Of a stretch of DNA of 64,000 nucleotides, positions 46,140 to 54,840 are shown in pieces. The DNA lies in NCBI GenBank assembly GCA_964536835.1, contig CAZIAZ010000004.1, positions 18,861 through 82,860 of the forward strand, read 5' to 3'. A model generated the notes under the pieces. The model had not been told where the DNA came from. It saw only the letters and a program-made list of their open reading frames with translations, and did no database searches. The stretch comes from an uncultured Planctomycetaceae bacterium (GTDB lineage Bacteria; Planctomycetota; Phycisphaerae; SM23-33). Positions within the stretch are counted from its first letter, which is position 1. The number at the start of each line of letters is the position of its first letter. Both the position numbers and the translations under genes were made by a program.

Positions 46140-46225
46140 GACAATATCCTTTCAAAATGTCGCAAAATAAAGTGATTCCAGTATCCGATATTGCGGCGAG
46201 GAATGCAACAGTATAGAATAACGGC

Positions 46226-47299
46226 ATGGATCCGTTTACACATGCATTGTTAGGCGCATCGGTACAGGAAGTCGGCCTGCGACAGAAGATAGGCCGCGAT
46301 GCCGCAGTAGCAGGCATGTTAGCCGGCATTCTGCCCGACGGCGATATCGTCATGCTGCGTTTCGGCAAATTTTTTTGGGCCGACCCGCAAATAGCCCTGA
46401 TTCTCGGCCATCGCGGCGTGACGCACTCCATAGCAGCCGTCGTAATTCTGCCGCTGCTGGCTGCCGCCGTATGGTGGCTGATTCGCACAAAAGTTTTTCA
46501 CCGCAAAATACCGGCAGCCTGTCAACCGGTTTCATTCGGCTGGCTGTACCTGTGCTGCCTGGCTGCCGTCGTAGCACATGTATTACTGGATGCGTGCACC
46601 AGTTACGGTACGATGCTGTACTGGCCGTTTTCTACGTATCGGATTGCCTGGGATTGCGTCGCAATCATCGACCCGCTGTTTACACTCATACCTGCGGCGG
46701 TACTCGTCATATGCGGCCTTATCCGAAGGAAAAACGGCGAATTTTCCGCCGCGTCCGTCAGCCGCACGAAAAAAACGGGCCGCTGGGGCCTAGTTTTCTG
46801 CGTGTGGTATCTGCTTTTCGGCGTCGCGCTGCACTACAGCGTAATCGAACGCAGCCTCCCTGCACAAAACCGTGCCGACGTGATACAGGCAGGCGCATTT
46901 CCGGTCGTTCCGTCATTGTGCGAGTGGCGCGTGGTTTGGGAAACGCCGGACGGCTGGCACGTCGGGAAAGTTAATGCGTTTTCTTCTAAACAGGCGAAGT
47001 TCAATTATGTCCCGCGGCGGCATGCCACACAGATAGACGCCGCCAGAAAGACAAAATTTTACAAAACATTCTGCGGTTTTACCGGCCGTATGCTGCGTGC
47101 CGACGTAAAAAAACGCGGCGAAATGACCGACGTTTATTTTCATGACATGCGATATGGATTTCCGCCCGACTCTCCGGAGGGTTTATGGGCATACAGGTTT
47201 GAATACGACGGCAATGGGCGGCTCGTATCTCACGGCCGAGTTTACCCAGCCGGCAGACGCGGCTTGCTGCATCGCATAAAGGAAAGTTTTAAAAAATAA
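46226..47299 (+). CDS. Membrane-bound metal-dependent hydrolase (YdjM/YbcI, DUF457-like) with C-terminal extension
   Basis: MDPFTHALLGA.., GILPDGD, GHRGVTHS motifs and several TM helices. Confidence 0.6.
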   Translation: MDPFTHALLGASVQEVGLRQKIGRDAAVAGMLAGILPDGDIVMLRFGKFFWADPQIALILGHRGVTHSIAAVVILPLLAAAVWWLIRTKVFHRKIPAACQPVSFGWLYLCCLAAVVAHVLLDACTSYGTMLYWPFSTYRIAWDCVAIIDPLFTLIPAAVLVICGLIRRKNGEFSAASVSRTKKTGRWGLVFCVWYLLFGVALHYSVIERSLPAQNRADVIQAGAFPVVPSLCEWRVVWETPDGWHVGKVNAFSSKQAKFNYVPRRHATQIDAARKTKFYKTFCGFTGRMLRADVKKRGEMTDVYFHDMRYGFPPDSPEGLWAYRFEYDGNGRLVSHGRVYPAGRRGLLHRIKESFKK

Positions 47300-47303
47300 T
47301 CTT

Positions 47304-47705
47304 TTATGTCCGTTTTTTATGGTTTTTAACGTTTTTTGCAATTCGCCCCAAAAATACTGCTGCCAGGCAGCTTATCAGCAGTACCCCTATCGAACCTATC
47401 ATATCCATGCGCCAGTCAAAATAATCGGCGGTACGATTCACAATCGGCTGCGTTATTTCGTCGAAAAATGCGTACAACGGGAAAAGTATCACGCCAGCCA
47501 GCATAATGTTCCGCAGGCGCACACCACGAATAATCTGGCATATCGCAAACAAAGCCCCAAGCATGGCGTAGGCGAAAAAGTGCAGGGTTTTGTCCGAACA
47601 GCTGATTGCCGGCATTTCGGCAGCAGGTATATGCGTAGCAATAAATTCACCGCAGAAGGCTGCTATTATCGCAGCCATCGCCACGCGTGAGCGGCAGCGA
47701 CTCAT
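47304..47705 (-). CDS. VanZ-family membrane protein
   Basis: SDKTLHFFAYAMLGALF and FDEITQPIVNRTADYFDWRMDMIGS. Start trimmed to ATG 47705, downstream of the parA stop. Confidence 0.7.
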   Translation of the reverse strand: MSRCRSRVAMAAIIAAFCGEFIATHIPAAEMPAISCSDKTLHFFAYAMLGALFAICQIIRGVRLRNIMLAGVILFPLYAFFDEITQPIVNRTADYFDWRMDMIGSIGVLLISCLAAVFLGRIAKNVKNHKKRT

Positions 47706-47730
47706 CCTCGCAGAAATGTCAGGCCGCCCA

Positions 47731-48618
47731 TCAATCCTGTCCAGCCGGGAAATAATCTTCTTCAGCACCGAGATGCTCCTGTGTAATCGACGGCATGTCA
47801 GCCGGCACAGTCGATTCCGGCTGAACGGCCGCAATACGATTTAAAAATTCATCGGCTAACGCACGGTAATCCCTTGCGCCGTTGCATTGCGCGTCGTATT
47901 CAAAAATGCTCTGGCCGAAAGACGGACACTCCGCAAGTTTGATGTTGCGCCGTATGGCGGTGTGATACACGCATGCGTCAGCCCAGGGCTTGCCGGAAGT
48001 CCTGGTCGACTTGAAAAATTTCATAACGTCCGTAACCACGTCGCGAGCCAGCCGCGTGACCTGTTCGAACATGCAGAAAACCACGCCCGCAACACGCAGT
48101 TTCGGATTTATCCGCTGATTCACAAGTTCTATCGTTCGCAACAGTTTGCTCAAACCCTGCAGGGCGAGGAACTGCGGCTGAAGCGGGATTATCACATCAT
48201 CTGTAGCAGCCAGCGCGTTCAGCGTCAATAATCCAAGCGACGGCGGACAGTCTATCATCATGAAATCCACGTGCGACTTCATGGCGTCTATCGCATTTCG
48301 AAGAATCATGTTGCGATTGGGACGGCTAACCAGTTCCGCCGTAGCCGCCGCCAGGTCGGTCGTGGCAGGCACGACCCAGAGATTGTCGCGAACTTTCACC
48401 ATTGCCTCGTCCATGGTCGCCTGTTCGCAGAGCACGTCATAAATCGTGGCGGTGTCGTCGGCAGGTTCAAAACCGAAATGCAGCGTAAGGTGACTTTGCG
48501 GGTCGAGGTCTATGACCGCAACCTTCCGGCCCGCAGCAGCCATCGCCGCCGCCAGGTTCGCAACCGTGGTGGTCTTGCCGACCCCACCTTTCTGATTTAT
48601 GATGGATATTACTTTCAC
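47731..48618 (-). CDS. ParA/Soj-family ATPase (no parB adjacent)
   Basis: Deviant Walker A NQKGGVGKTT and DLDPQSHLT. About 40 extra C-terminal residues. Confidence 0.88.
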   Translation of the reverse strand: MKVISIINQKGGVGKTTTVANLAAAMAAAGRKVAVIDLDPQSHLTLHFGFEPADDTATIYDVLCEQATMDEAMVKVRDNLWVVPATTDLAAATAELVSRPNRNMILRNAIDAMKSHVDFMMIDCPPSLGLLTLNALAATDDVIIPLQPQFLALQGLSKLLRTIELVNQRINPKLRVAGVVFCMFEQVTRLARDVVTDVMKFFKSTRTSGKPWADACVYHTAIRRNIKLAECPSFGQSIFEYDAQCNGARDYRALADEFLNRIAAVQPESTVPADMPSITQEHLGAEEDYFPAGQD

Positions 48619-48635
48619 AGAGGGTATTATAAAAA

Positions 48636-50687
48636 TTATTGCGAATTATGCCACTGATTAAGCAGCTTTTTTGCATTGTCACACAGCGGCGATTCAGGGT
48701 AATTTTTCAGCAGCTTTTCAAGCAGCTCCGCCGCCCGTTGCGGCTGAGAGTTTTTTTGGGCATATTCAGCACCAGCCAACAGAAGTTGCGGTGCATACTG
48801 ACTTTGCGGGTTGACGTTCACAAGCCTAGCCGCACAGTTCACCGCCCTGACGTACCGCCCCTGCTCACCGAACATTCGCACTCGCAGGAGCGTAAGATAC
48901 CCTGTCAGCCTGTCAGTGGGAATCGCATCTTCCCACTTCTCAAGCACGTCAGCCAGCAGTTCGTATTCGCCGCGATGCAGATAATCCTCAGCCTGCCTCG
49001 CGAAATTTCCTCTCGCCGTAACCGGATTTTTCTTAACCAGGTCACCCGACAGCCCAGCGCGCATATAATACTTATTAGCCTGCGAATAATCGCCGGCAGC
49101 CATACATGCATCGCCGGCGGCAATGATTTCCCGACGGCTCATTTTCTGCGGCACGTCATCGTCCTGCCGGCCGAACCGGTAACATCGAACTGCGGCGTCA
49201 ACATCGTCAAGCTCGTACAGATAGATATCGCCGGCCCGAACGTACAGGGCAACAGCCGCATCGCCATGCTTTCTGCCGGCAGCTAATTTTTCCAATGCCT
49301 GAGCCGCACGGCCTGCCTGCCCGGCCAGAATAAGCATATCGCAATAAGTCCCCAACACGCTTTCAAGCTCGCGGGCAGTAATGTTCGGGCGATTTACGAA
49401 CATTTCGCAAAGTCGCATCATGCCGTCCCAATTCCCGGCCATTTTAAAAAGCTCGACAGCCGTCATCAAATCCGTCGCGGAAACCGCCGATAAATCATAA
49501 TCGCCGACTATCTTTCCATAACCGGCAGGCTCTTCAGCCACATCTCGCATGACCATCGGCCAATCGCGAGAAACGTAATATCGCTGCGTAATGACATCAA
49601 AACCCTTTTTGGCGGTCACAGCGTACACGCCGTCATGCAGGTAAACGTGCGAAACTTTTCGGCCTGCGCCGGTCTGGCCGTCGCCGAAGTCCCACTGCCA
49701 GCCTTCGCCGTCCGCATCGCTTCCGACGACCTCAAAAACGCGCCGCTGAATATGGCGATTGTCAACAACCGCCTCGCCTCTTTCGTTAACGCGGATATCC
49801 AGAGTGCCTGGCAAACCGTATCGCTCAGGCAGGCCGGCGGTTGCTGAATATATGCGAGTGAAAAACTGTGCCGGCATGACTTCAAATCCCGATTCGCCAG
49901 GCTGACGCCAGTAAACCGCCATCGTCGGATAGCCCCGCGGCGTAACCTGCAAGACGTCCATCCTGTGCAAGCCGGCAGTCAAGCTGACGTTGCGACGTAT
50001 CGTCGGCTGTCGAACCGGGCCATGCCAGGCTGGCGTCTCAAGAAGCAGTTTGGAATCAATGGACAAAAACGACGCGTTATTGCTCGAAATGATGAACAGG
50101 TAACTGCCGCTTTGCGGTGCGACAAACCAGCCGGTATAAACATTTATCAGGCTATAATTGCCCGTAAAAGGATTTATGGCGGAAAATATCCGCGGCACAA
50201 ACCCGCAGCCGACGAAATTTTTGGGATTTTTCTTCGATTTCTCCAAAGTTATCGTCGCCTGCGGATAGGCGTCGGCATTGCCGCCCACATATCGCCAGCT
50301 TTCCAACATCAGCCCGCGTTTTATATCCAAAGAACTTTCCGCCACAGCCGACTGGTTGCCGTAATAGACATAATAATCCTTTACGCCCGAAACAGGAGCG
50401 AATGCCACCCGAATCAAATCGCCCGGCCCGCAGCAAAGCACTTTATGTCGAACCTGCACATTGTCAGCCGTACATACGCGGACGTCTCCGCCGTCGTCGC
50501 GAGTTTTACCGCCGGTATGGAATTCAACAACGCCGACGTCGTCGCCAGGTAGTTGCGAGGCCGTAAATTCTTCGTCAAGGGAAACATTCACGCGCAACGG
50601 CCACGCAGTCTCCCACCAGGCCTGGCCGGCAAAGCAAATTCCCGAATAAAAAATCATCAGCCCTATTGTCAAAACATTTTTTCGCAT
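48636..50687 (-). CDS. Secreted PA14 + PKD + TPR-repeat protein
   Basis: Signal peptide, a PA14-like segment (YTGWFVAPQSGSYLFIISSNNASFLSID), a PKD motif (WDFGDGQTGAGRKVSHVYLHDGVYAV) and C-terminal TPR-like helices. Confidence 0.6.
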   Translation of the reverse strand: MRKNVLTIGLMIFYSGICFAGQAWWETAWPLRVNVSLDEEFTASQLPGDDVGVVEFHTGGKTRDDGGDVRVCTADNVQVRHKVLCCGPGDLIRVAFAPVSGVKDYYVYYGNQSAVAESSLDIKRGLMLESWRYVGGNADAYPQATITLEKSKKNPKNFVGCGFVPRIFSAINPFTGNYSLINVYTGWFVAPQSGSYLFIISSNNASFLSIDSKLLLETPAWHGPVRQPTIRRNVSLTAGLHRMDVLQVTPRGYPTMAVYWRQPGESGFEVMPAQFFTRIYSATAGLPERYGLPGTLDIRVNERGEAVVDNRHIQRRVFEVVGSDADGEGWQWDFGDGQTGAGRKVSHVYLHDGVYAVTAKKGFDVITQRYYVSRDWPMVMRDVAEEPAGYGKIVGDYDLSAVSATDLMTAVELFKMAGNWDGMMRLCEMFVNRPNITARELESVLGTYCDMLILAGQAGRAAQALEKLAAGRKHGDAAVALYVRAGDIYLYELDDVDAAVRCYRFGRQDDDVPQKMSRREIIAAGDACMAAGDYSQANKYYMRAGLSGDLVKKNPVTARGNFARQAEDYLHRGEYELLADVLEKWEDAIPTDRLTGYLTLLRVRMFGEQGRYVRAVNCAARLVNVNPQSQYAPQLLLAGAEYAQKNSQPQRAAELLEKLLKNYPESPLCDNAKKLLNQWHNSQ

Positions 50688-50759
50688 GGATGCATTTTAT
50701 CGGCCCGACAGCCGTGAAGAAACTGTATTTTTGACTGCTTTGAAGTTATCATTACGCAC

Positions 50760-51374
50760 ATGCTTGAAACTGGCGTAAAAACATCGAAATACGACGGCGT
50801 GATATTCGACATGGACGGCACGCTGGTGGAGTCCAGCCTGGACTTCGACGTACTGCGGCGAGAGCTTGAAATGTCGCCCGGCCGCGGCATACTTGAACAG
50901 ATAAACGAAATGCCGCCCAGCCGACAATCTACTGCGCATTCCAAATTGTTGGAGTTCGAACTTGCCGGCGCCAGAAATGCTATCCTCAATGACGGCGCCG
51001 AAGAGATTTTAAACGAACTGCTCAGCCGACGGATACCCATAGCCCTGCTTACGCGAAACACGCGACAGTCGTTTGAAATCGTCTCGAAAAAATTTCCGAT
51101 TATGAAAAATTTTGATATCGTCATGTGCAGGGAAGACGGCGTCATCAAGCCTGAGCCGGACGGCATTATACTGGCCTGCCGAAAGATGGGCATCGTCCCG
51201 CAAAAAACCCTCTGCGTCGGCGATTTTGAATTCGACATGCTCGCCGCCCGTGCTGCCGGCGCAATAGGCGTACTGCTGACCACACATCCGAACTGGAAAA
51301 ATTATGCTGACAAGGCAGATTATATTATTAACGACTTGCCTGCACTGCTGAATATTTTTGATTCCAGGGATTGA
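50760..51374 (+). CDS. HAD-superfamily hydrolase
   Basis: Motif I VIFDMDGTL, motif III/IV CVGDFEFDMLAARAAG. Confidence 0.8.
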   Translation: MLETGVKTSKYDGVIFDMDGTLVESSLDFDVLRRELEMSPGRGILEQINEMPPSRQSTAHSKLLEFELAGARNAILNDGAEEILNELLSRRIPIALLTRNTRQSFEIVSKKFPIMKNFDIVMCREDGVIKPEPDGIILACRKMGIVPQKTLCVGDFEFDMLAARAAGAIGVLLTTHPNWKNYADKADYIINDLPALLNIFDSRD

Positions 51375-51420
51375 CGGCCATTTGTTAAATTTTCTGAATT
51401 TTTTATCTGAAGACAAAAAA

Positions 51421-52635
51421 ATGAATCTGCCACTGGCAAACATATTGCATAACAAGATGCGGAGTCTCTTTTGCGTAACGGGCATAGGTTTGGGCGTATG
51501 CATGATTATAACGCTCGCCGGCCTGTCCCGCGGCAGCCTGTACGAAATAGCCGACCGCATGAACTGCGTTGACGCGGACGTAATCATCGTCCCGCCCGGC
51601 CTTGCCGACAAAACACCCACACTCAGCGGAATCGCCATCAGCGAAAAAGTCTCCGATATTCTTATGCAGAAATATCCCGACGTCATAGCCCGCTGTGCGG
51701 CAGTCTGCATCGGCTCGCTCAAGCTCGGCGGCCAGGACCAGCGCGTCATGGGCATAGACCCGCGCGACTGGGACATGATAACGAATCGAGCAGAACTCAG
51801 CGGCGGCAGGCTGTTCGACCCGGACAACCGTTTTTCGGCGTGGCTGACGGAACAACTGTTAAAACCGGCAGAAGACGATGACGATAACGGCGAGCTGCTG
51901 AATCTTTCGGACAGGCTGGCATCGCACGGCGGGCTGGAGATTGTGATAGACTCCCGCCTGGCAGCCGCCGGCAGATACAGGCTCGGCCAGATGGTTCACG
52001 CCGGCAATCACGACTGGAAAATCGTCGGCATAGTGCCAGCCGGCGTGCCGACGCGCGTACTTACGCCTATCCGCACCGCGCAATACCTCTTCGGCTTCGG
52101 CGACATTAAAAAATGCACGATGATATTCGTGAAGTTCAAACCCGGTATCGACGCTGCGCCTCTCGCGGCACAGATAAGCAAGCAGATGAAACTCGACGTC
52201 CTGCCGATGTCGCAGTACCGCACAATGCTTATGGACAGATTCGGCGTAATGTTCAGCTACATCGACGCCGTCAATGCCGTCGCACTGATAATCGCGTTCC
52301 TGATAGTTACCGTCACCCTTTACATGATGGTACTTCAGCAGACCCGCGAAATCGCGATAATGAAAAGCTGCGGCGCAGGCGGAACGTTCATATTGCGGCA
52401 GGTCATGGGCGAGGCGCTACTGCTGACGCTGGCGGGCATGGCAGTCGGAGTCGGTATGAGTTTTCCGGCGGCTCTGGCGATATCGCATTTCAGGCCGCTG
52501 CTTACAGTGATAATAACGCCGGGCTGGATTTTGACGGCATCTGCGGCGGCGCTCGTCGGCGCCGTCGTCAGTGCGCTGTATCCGGCATGGCGGGCATCGA
52601 AAGTGGACATGTTGGAAGCACTCACATATGAATGA
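51421..52635 (+). CDS. ABC transporter permease, FtsX/MacB/LolC-E type
   Basis: N-terminal TM, a large periplasmic domain, and three C-terminal TM helices. Start trimmed to ATG 51421. Confidence 0.8.
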   Translation: MNLPLANILHNKMRSLFCVTGIGLGVCMIITLAGLSRGSLYEIADRMNCVDADVIIVPPGLADKTPTLSGIAISEKVSDILMQKYPDVIARCAAVCIGSLKLGGQDQRVMGIDPRDWDMITNRAELSGGRLFDPDNRFSAWLTEQLLKPAEDDDDNGELLNLSDRLASHGGLEIVIDSRLAAAGRYRLGQMVHAGNHDWKIVGIVPAGVPTRVLTPIRTAQYLFGFGDIKKCTMIFVKFKPGIDAAPLAAQISKQMKLDVLPMSQYRTMLMDRFGVMFSYIDAVNAVALIIAFLIVTVTLYMMVLQQTREIAIMKSCGAGGTFILRQVMGEALLLTLAGMAVGVGMSFPAALAISHFRPLLTVIITPGWILTASAAALVGAVVSALYPAWRASKVDMLEALTYE

Positions 52636-53302
52636 CCCTGAAAAACACATTCTCAGCGCCGTGGGCCTTAATAAGAGTTTCGGGCGGGGCGAGGCTGCAA
52701 ATCATGTTTTGCGCGGCATAGATATCGGCGTAAATGCAGGCGAATTCGTTGCAGTCATGGGGCCGAGCGGCTGCGGCAAGAGTACGCTGCTGCACATTCT
52801 GGGTCTGATGACATCGGCAGACAGCGGCGAGATTTTTTACAACGGCCAAGCCGTCACGCACAGCGAATCATCTAGACGGAAACTGCGGCGAAACCACATA
52901 GGCTTCATCTTCCAGCGATTCAATCTTATCGGCACGCTAAGCGCAGCCGACAATATCCGCATTTCCCTCCGCATTCGCGGCCTGAAAGACGACGGCAGAA
53001 GCGACGAACTTCTGAAACTCATGCACGTATCGCATGTCGCGCGACGTCGGCCGGGCCAGATGTCCATCGGCGAACAGCAGCGCGTCGCCGCGGCCCGCGC
53101 GCTTGCACACAAGCCGGCTATCCTCTTTGCCGACGAACCGACCGGCAACCTCGACAGCGAAAACGGCCTGGCGCTGCTGGAACTTTTCAAAAAGGTCAAC
53201 ACGGAACTCGGCCAGACAATAGTGATGATAACCCATTCCAACCAGGCAGCCCAATGGGCACACAGAATAATACGCATGAAAGACGGAAAAATAGATGGAT
53301 GA
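52628..53302 (+). CDS. ABC transporter ATP-binding protein (LolD/MacB-type)
   Basis: Walker A GPSGCGKST, signature MSIGEQQR, Walker B ILFADEPTGNLD. Overlaps the permease by 8 nt. Confidence 0.9.
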   Translation: MNDPEKHILSAVGLNKSFGRGEAANHVLRGIDIGVNAGEFVAVMGPSGCGKSTLLHILGLMTSADSGEIFYNGQAVTHSESSRRKLRRNHIGFIFQRFNLIGTLSAADNIRISLRIRGLKDDGRSDELLKLMHVSHVARRRPGQMSIGEQQRVAAARALAHKPAILFADEPTGNLDSENGLALLELFKKVNTELGQTIVMITHSNQAAQWAHRIIRMKDGKIDG

Positions 53303-54053
53303 CGTAACTGCAAAATCGGAATATTCCCACATCCGCGTGCGATGGTGGTTTGCCGCATTTGCAGTCGCCTTCGCAATAGGCGTTTGCTGGCTGGCGTGGC
53401 TGATAAAAACGCAGCAGTTGCAATTCAGTACATGGGGCGAATTCAAAAGCGCCGTTATTACGGCATCGCCACTGCTAAAGCTGCTGGTGCTGGGCCTGTA
53501 TCTGTCCATCTGCTGCACGTTTCTGCCGCTGAACACGAGCTGGATAATATCCGCGGCTGCCATGCAGGGAACTGCCGTCGCCGGCAACATGTGGCAGACG
53601 GTTCTGCTGGTCAGCCTCGTCGGAGCAGCCGCTTCAACGGTGGCAAACCTCAACGATTATCATCTTTTCACGGTCATGATGCGATATCATCACATCGCGA
53701 AAATCCGTCACACAAGGACTTACGCCGTCGCCGTAAAATGGTTCGAACGCTCGCCATTCGCACTGCTGCTGCTTTTCAACGTCCTGCCGATACCCGTAGA
53801 CGTAGTTCGTCCGCTAGCAGCAGCACATAAATACCGGCGTACAAAATTCGCAGCCGCCAATTTTATAGGCCGATTCGCTAGATACGCAGTAATCGCGGTT
53901 ATAACCTACATGCTCGGCAGACAGGGCTGGATAGCGACTCTCGCCTTACTGGCGGCGGCAGTGATACTCGCTCTGCCGAAACTCGCAGGAAAAATCCTGG
54001 CCGGACGCAAACACAATTTACCGGAGTCAACAGATGAAAAAATATCAGCTTGA
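53295..54053 (+). CDS. YqaA/VTT(DedA-like)-family membrane protein
   Basis: Polytopic. The LPIPVDVVRPLAAAHKYRRTKFAAANFIGRFARY segment resembles VTT-domain proteins. Overlaps both neighbouring genes. Confidence 0.5.
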   Translation: MDDVTAKSEYSHIRVRWWFAAFAVAFAIGVCWLAWLIKTQQLQFSTWGEFKSAVITASPLLKLLVLGLYLSICCTFLPLNTSWIISAAAMQGTAVAGNMWQTVLLVSLVGAAASTVANLNDYHLFTVMMRYHHIAKIRHTRTYAVAVKWFERSPFALLLLFNVLPIPVDVVRPLAAAHKYRRTKFAAANFIGRFARYAVIAVITYMLGRQGWIATLALLAAAVILALPKLAGKILAGRKHNLPESTDEKISA

Positions 54054-54825
54054 GTGTATGGTTCTTGCCGCCGTCGTATCTGCCGTCGCATCTTGTCCTG
54101 CACAGCAGTGTCAACCGACTTGTTCACCGCAAGAGGCCGTATCGCCGCAAACCAAAGCCATCCTGAACCGGCTGCAAGCCGCCGGCGACAGATACACCAC
54201 ACTCACTGCCGACGTTAACTATGTCGTCGAAATGCGTATGACCGGCGAAACTGAAACACGCGACGGATGGGTGGCGTTTCAGAAAAACACTGAAACGACT
54301 CCGGATATGTTCCGTATTCATTTTGACACGCTGAAACTCGACCAGGGCAAAAAAACGGCATCGAAGCTCGATTATATTTTTGACGGCCAATGGCTGACCG
54401 TGGCCAAGCACAACATCAAGTCAATGACGCGATTCCAGGTAGCAAAGCCAGGCGAAAAAATCGAGGCTCTGCGAATCGGCAAGGGCCCTTTCCCCATACC
54501 ATTCGGCCAAAAAACTGACGACATGATAAAATGCCTCCAGATAACCACCCGCGACGCAGAACCGGACGATCCGGCAAATACCGATTACCTCAAACTCATC
54601 CCTCGAAAAAATTATGAAGACCAGCTAAATTTCAAAAAAATGGAAATATGGATTGACCGCGAAACCAATCTGCCGGTAAAAGTAGTCGTGCGCGACAGGA
54701 ACAAAAACGTCACCACTGCCGAATTTTCCAACATAAAGACACAGTCAGCAATCGACCCGTCGCTATTTCAGATGGAAAAGCCGGCAGGCTGGGATTTGAC
54801 GATTGAACGTATTAAACAAAACTGA
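54034..54825 (+). CDS. LolA-like outer-membrane lipoprotein-sorting/carrier-fold protein
   Basis: Signal peptide, then a beta-rich sequence typical of LolA/LolB-like proteins (TADVNYVVEMRMTGETETRDGWVAFQK..YIFDGQWLTV). Assignment by resemblance only. Confidence 0.45.
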   Translation: MKKYQLECMVLAAVVSAVASCPAQQCQPTCSPQEAVSPQTKAILNRLQAAGDRYTTLTADVNYVVEMRMTGETETRDGWVAFQKNTETTPDMFRIHFDTLKLDQGKKTASKLDYIFDGQWLTVAKHNIKSMTRFQVAKPGEKIEALRIGKGPFPIPFGQKTDDMIKCLQITTRDAEPDDPANTDYLKLIPRKNYEDQLNFKKMEIWIDRETNLPVKVVVRDRNKNVTTAEFSNIKTQSAIDPSLFQMEKPAGWDLTIERIKQN

Positions 54826-54840
54826 ACCGTGGGGAGACCG

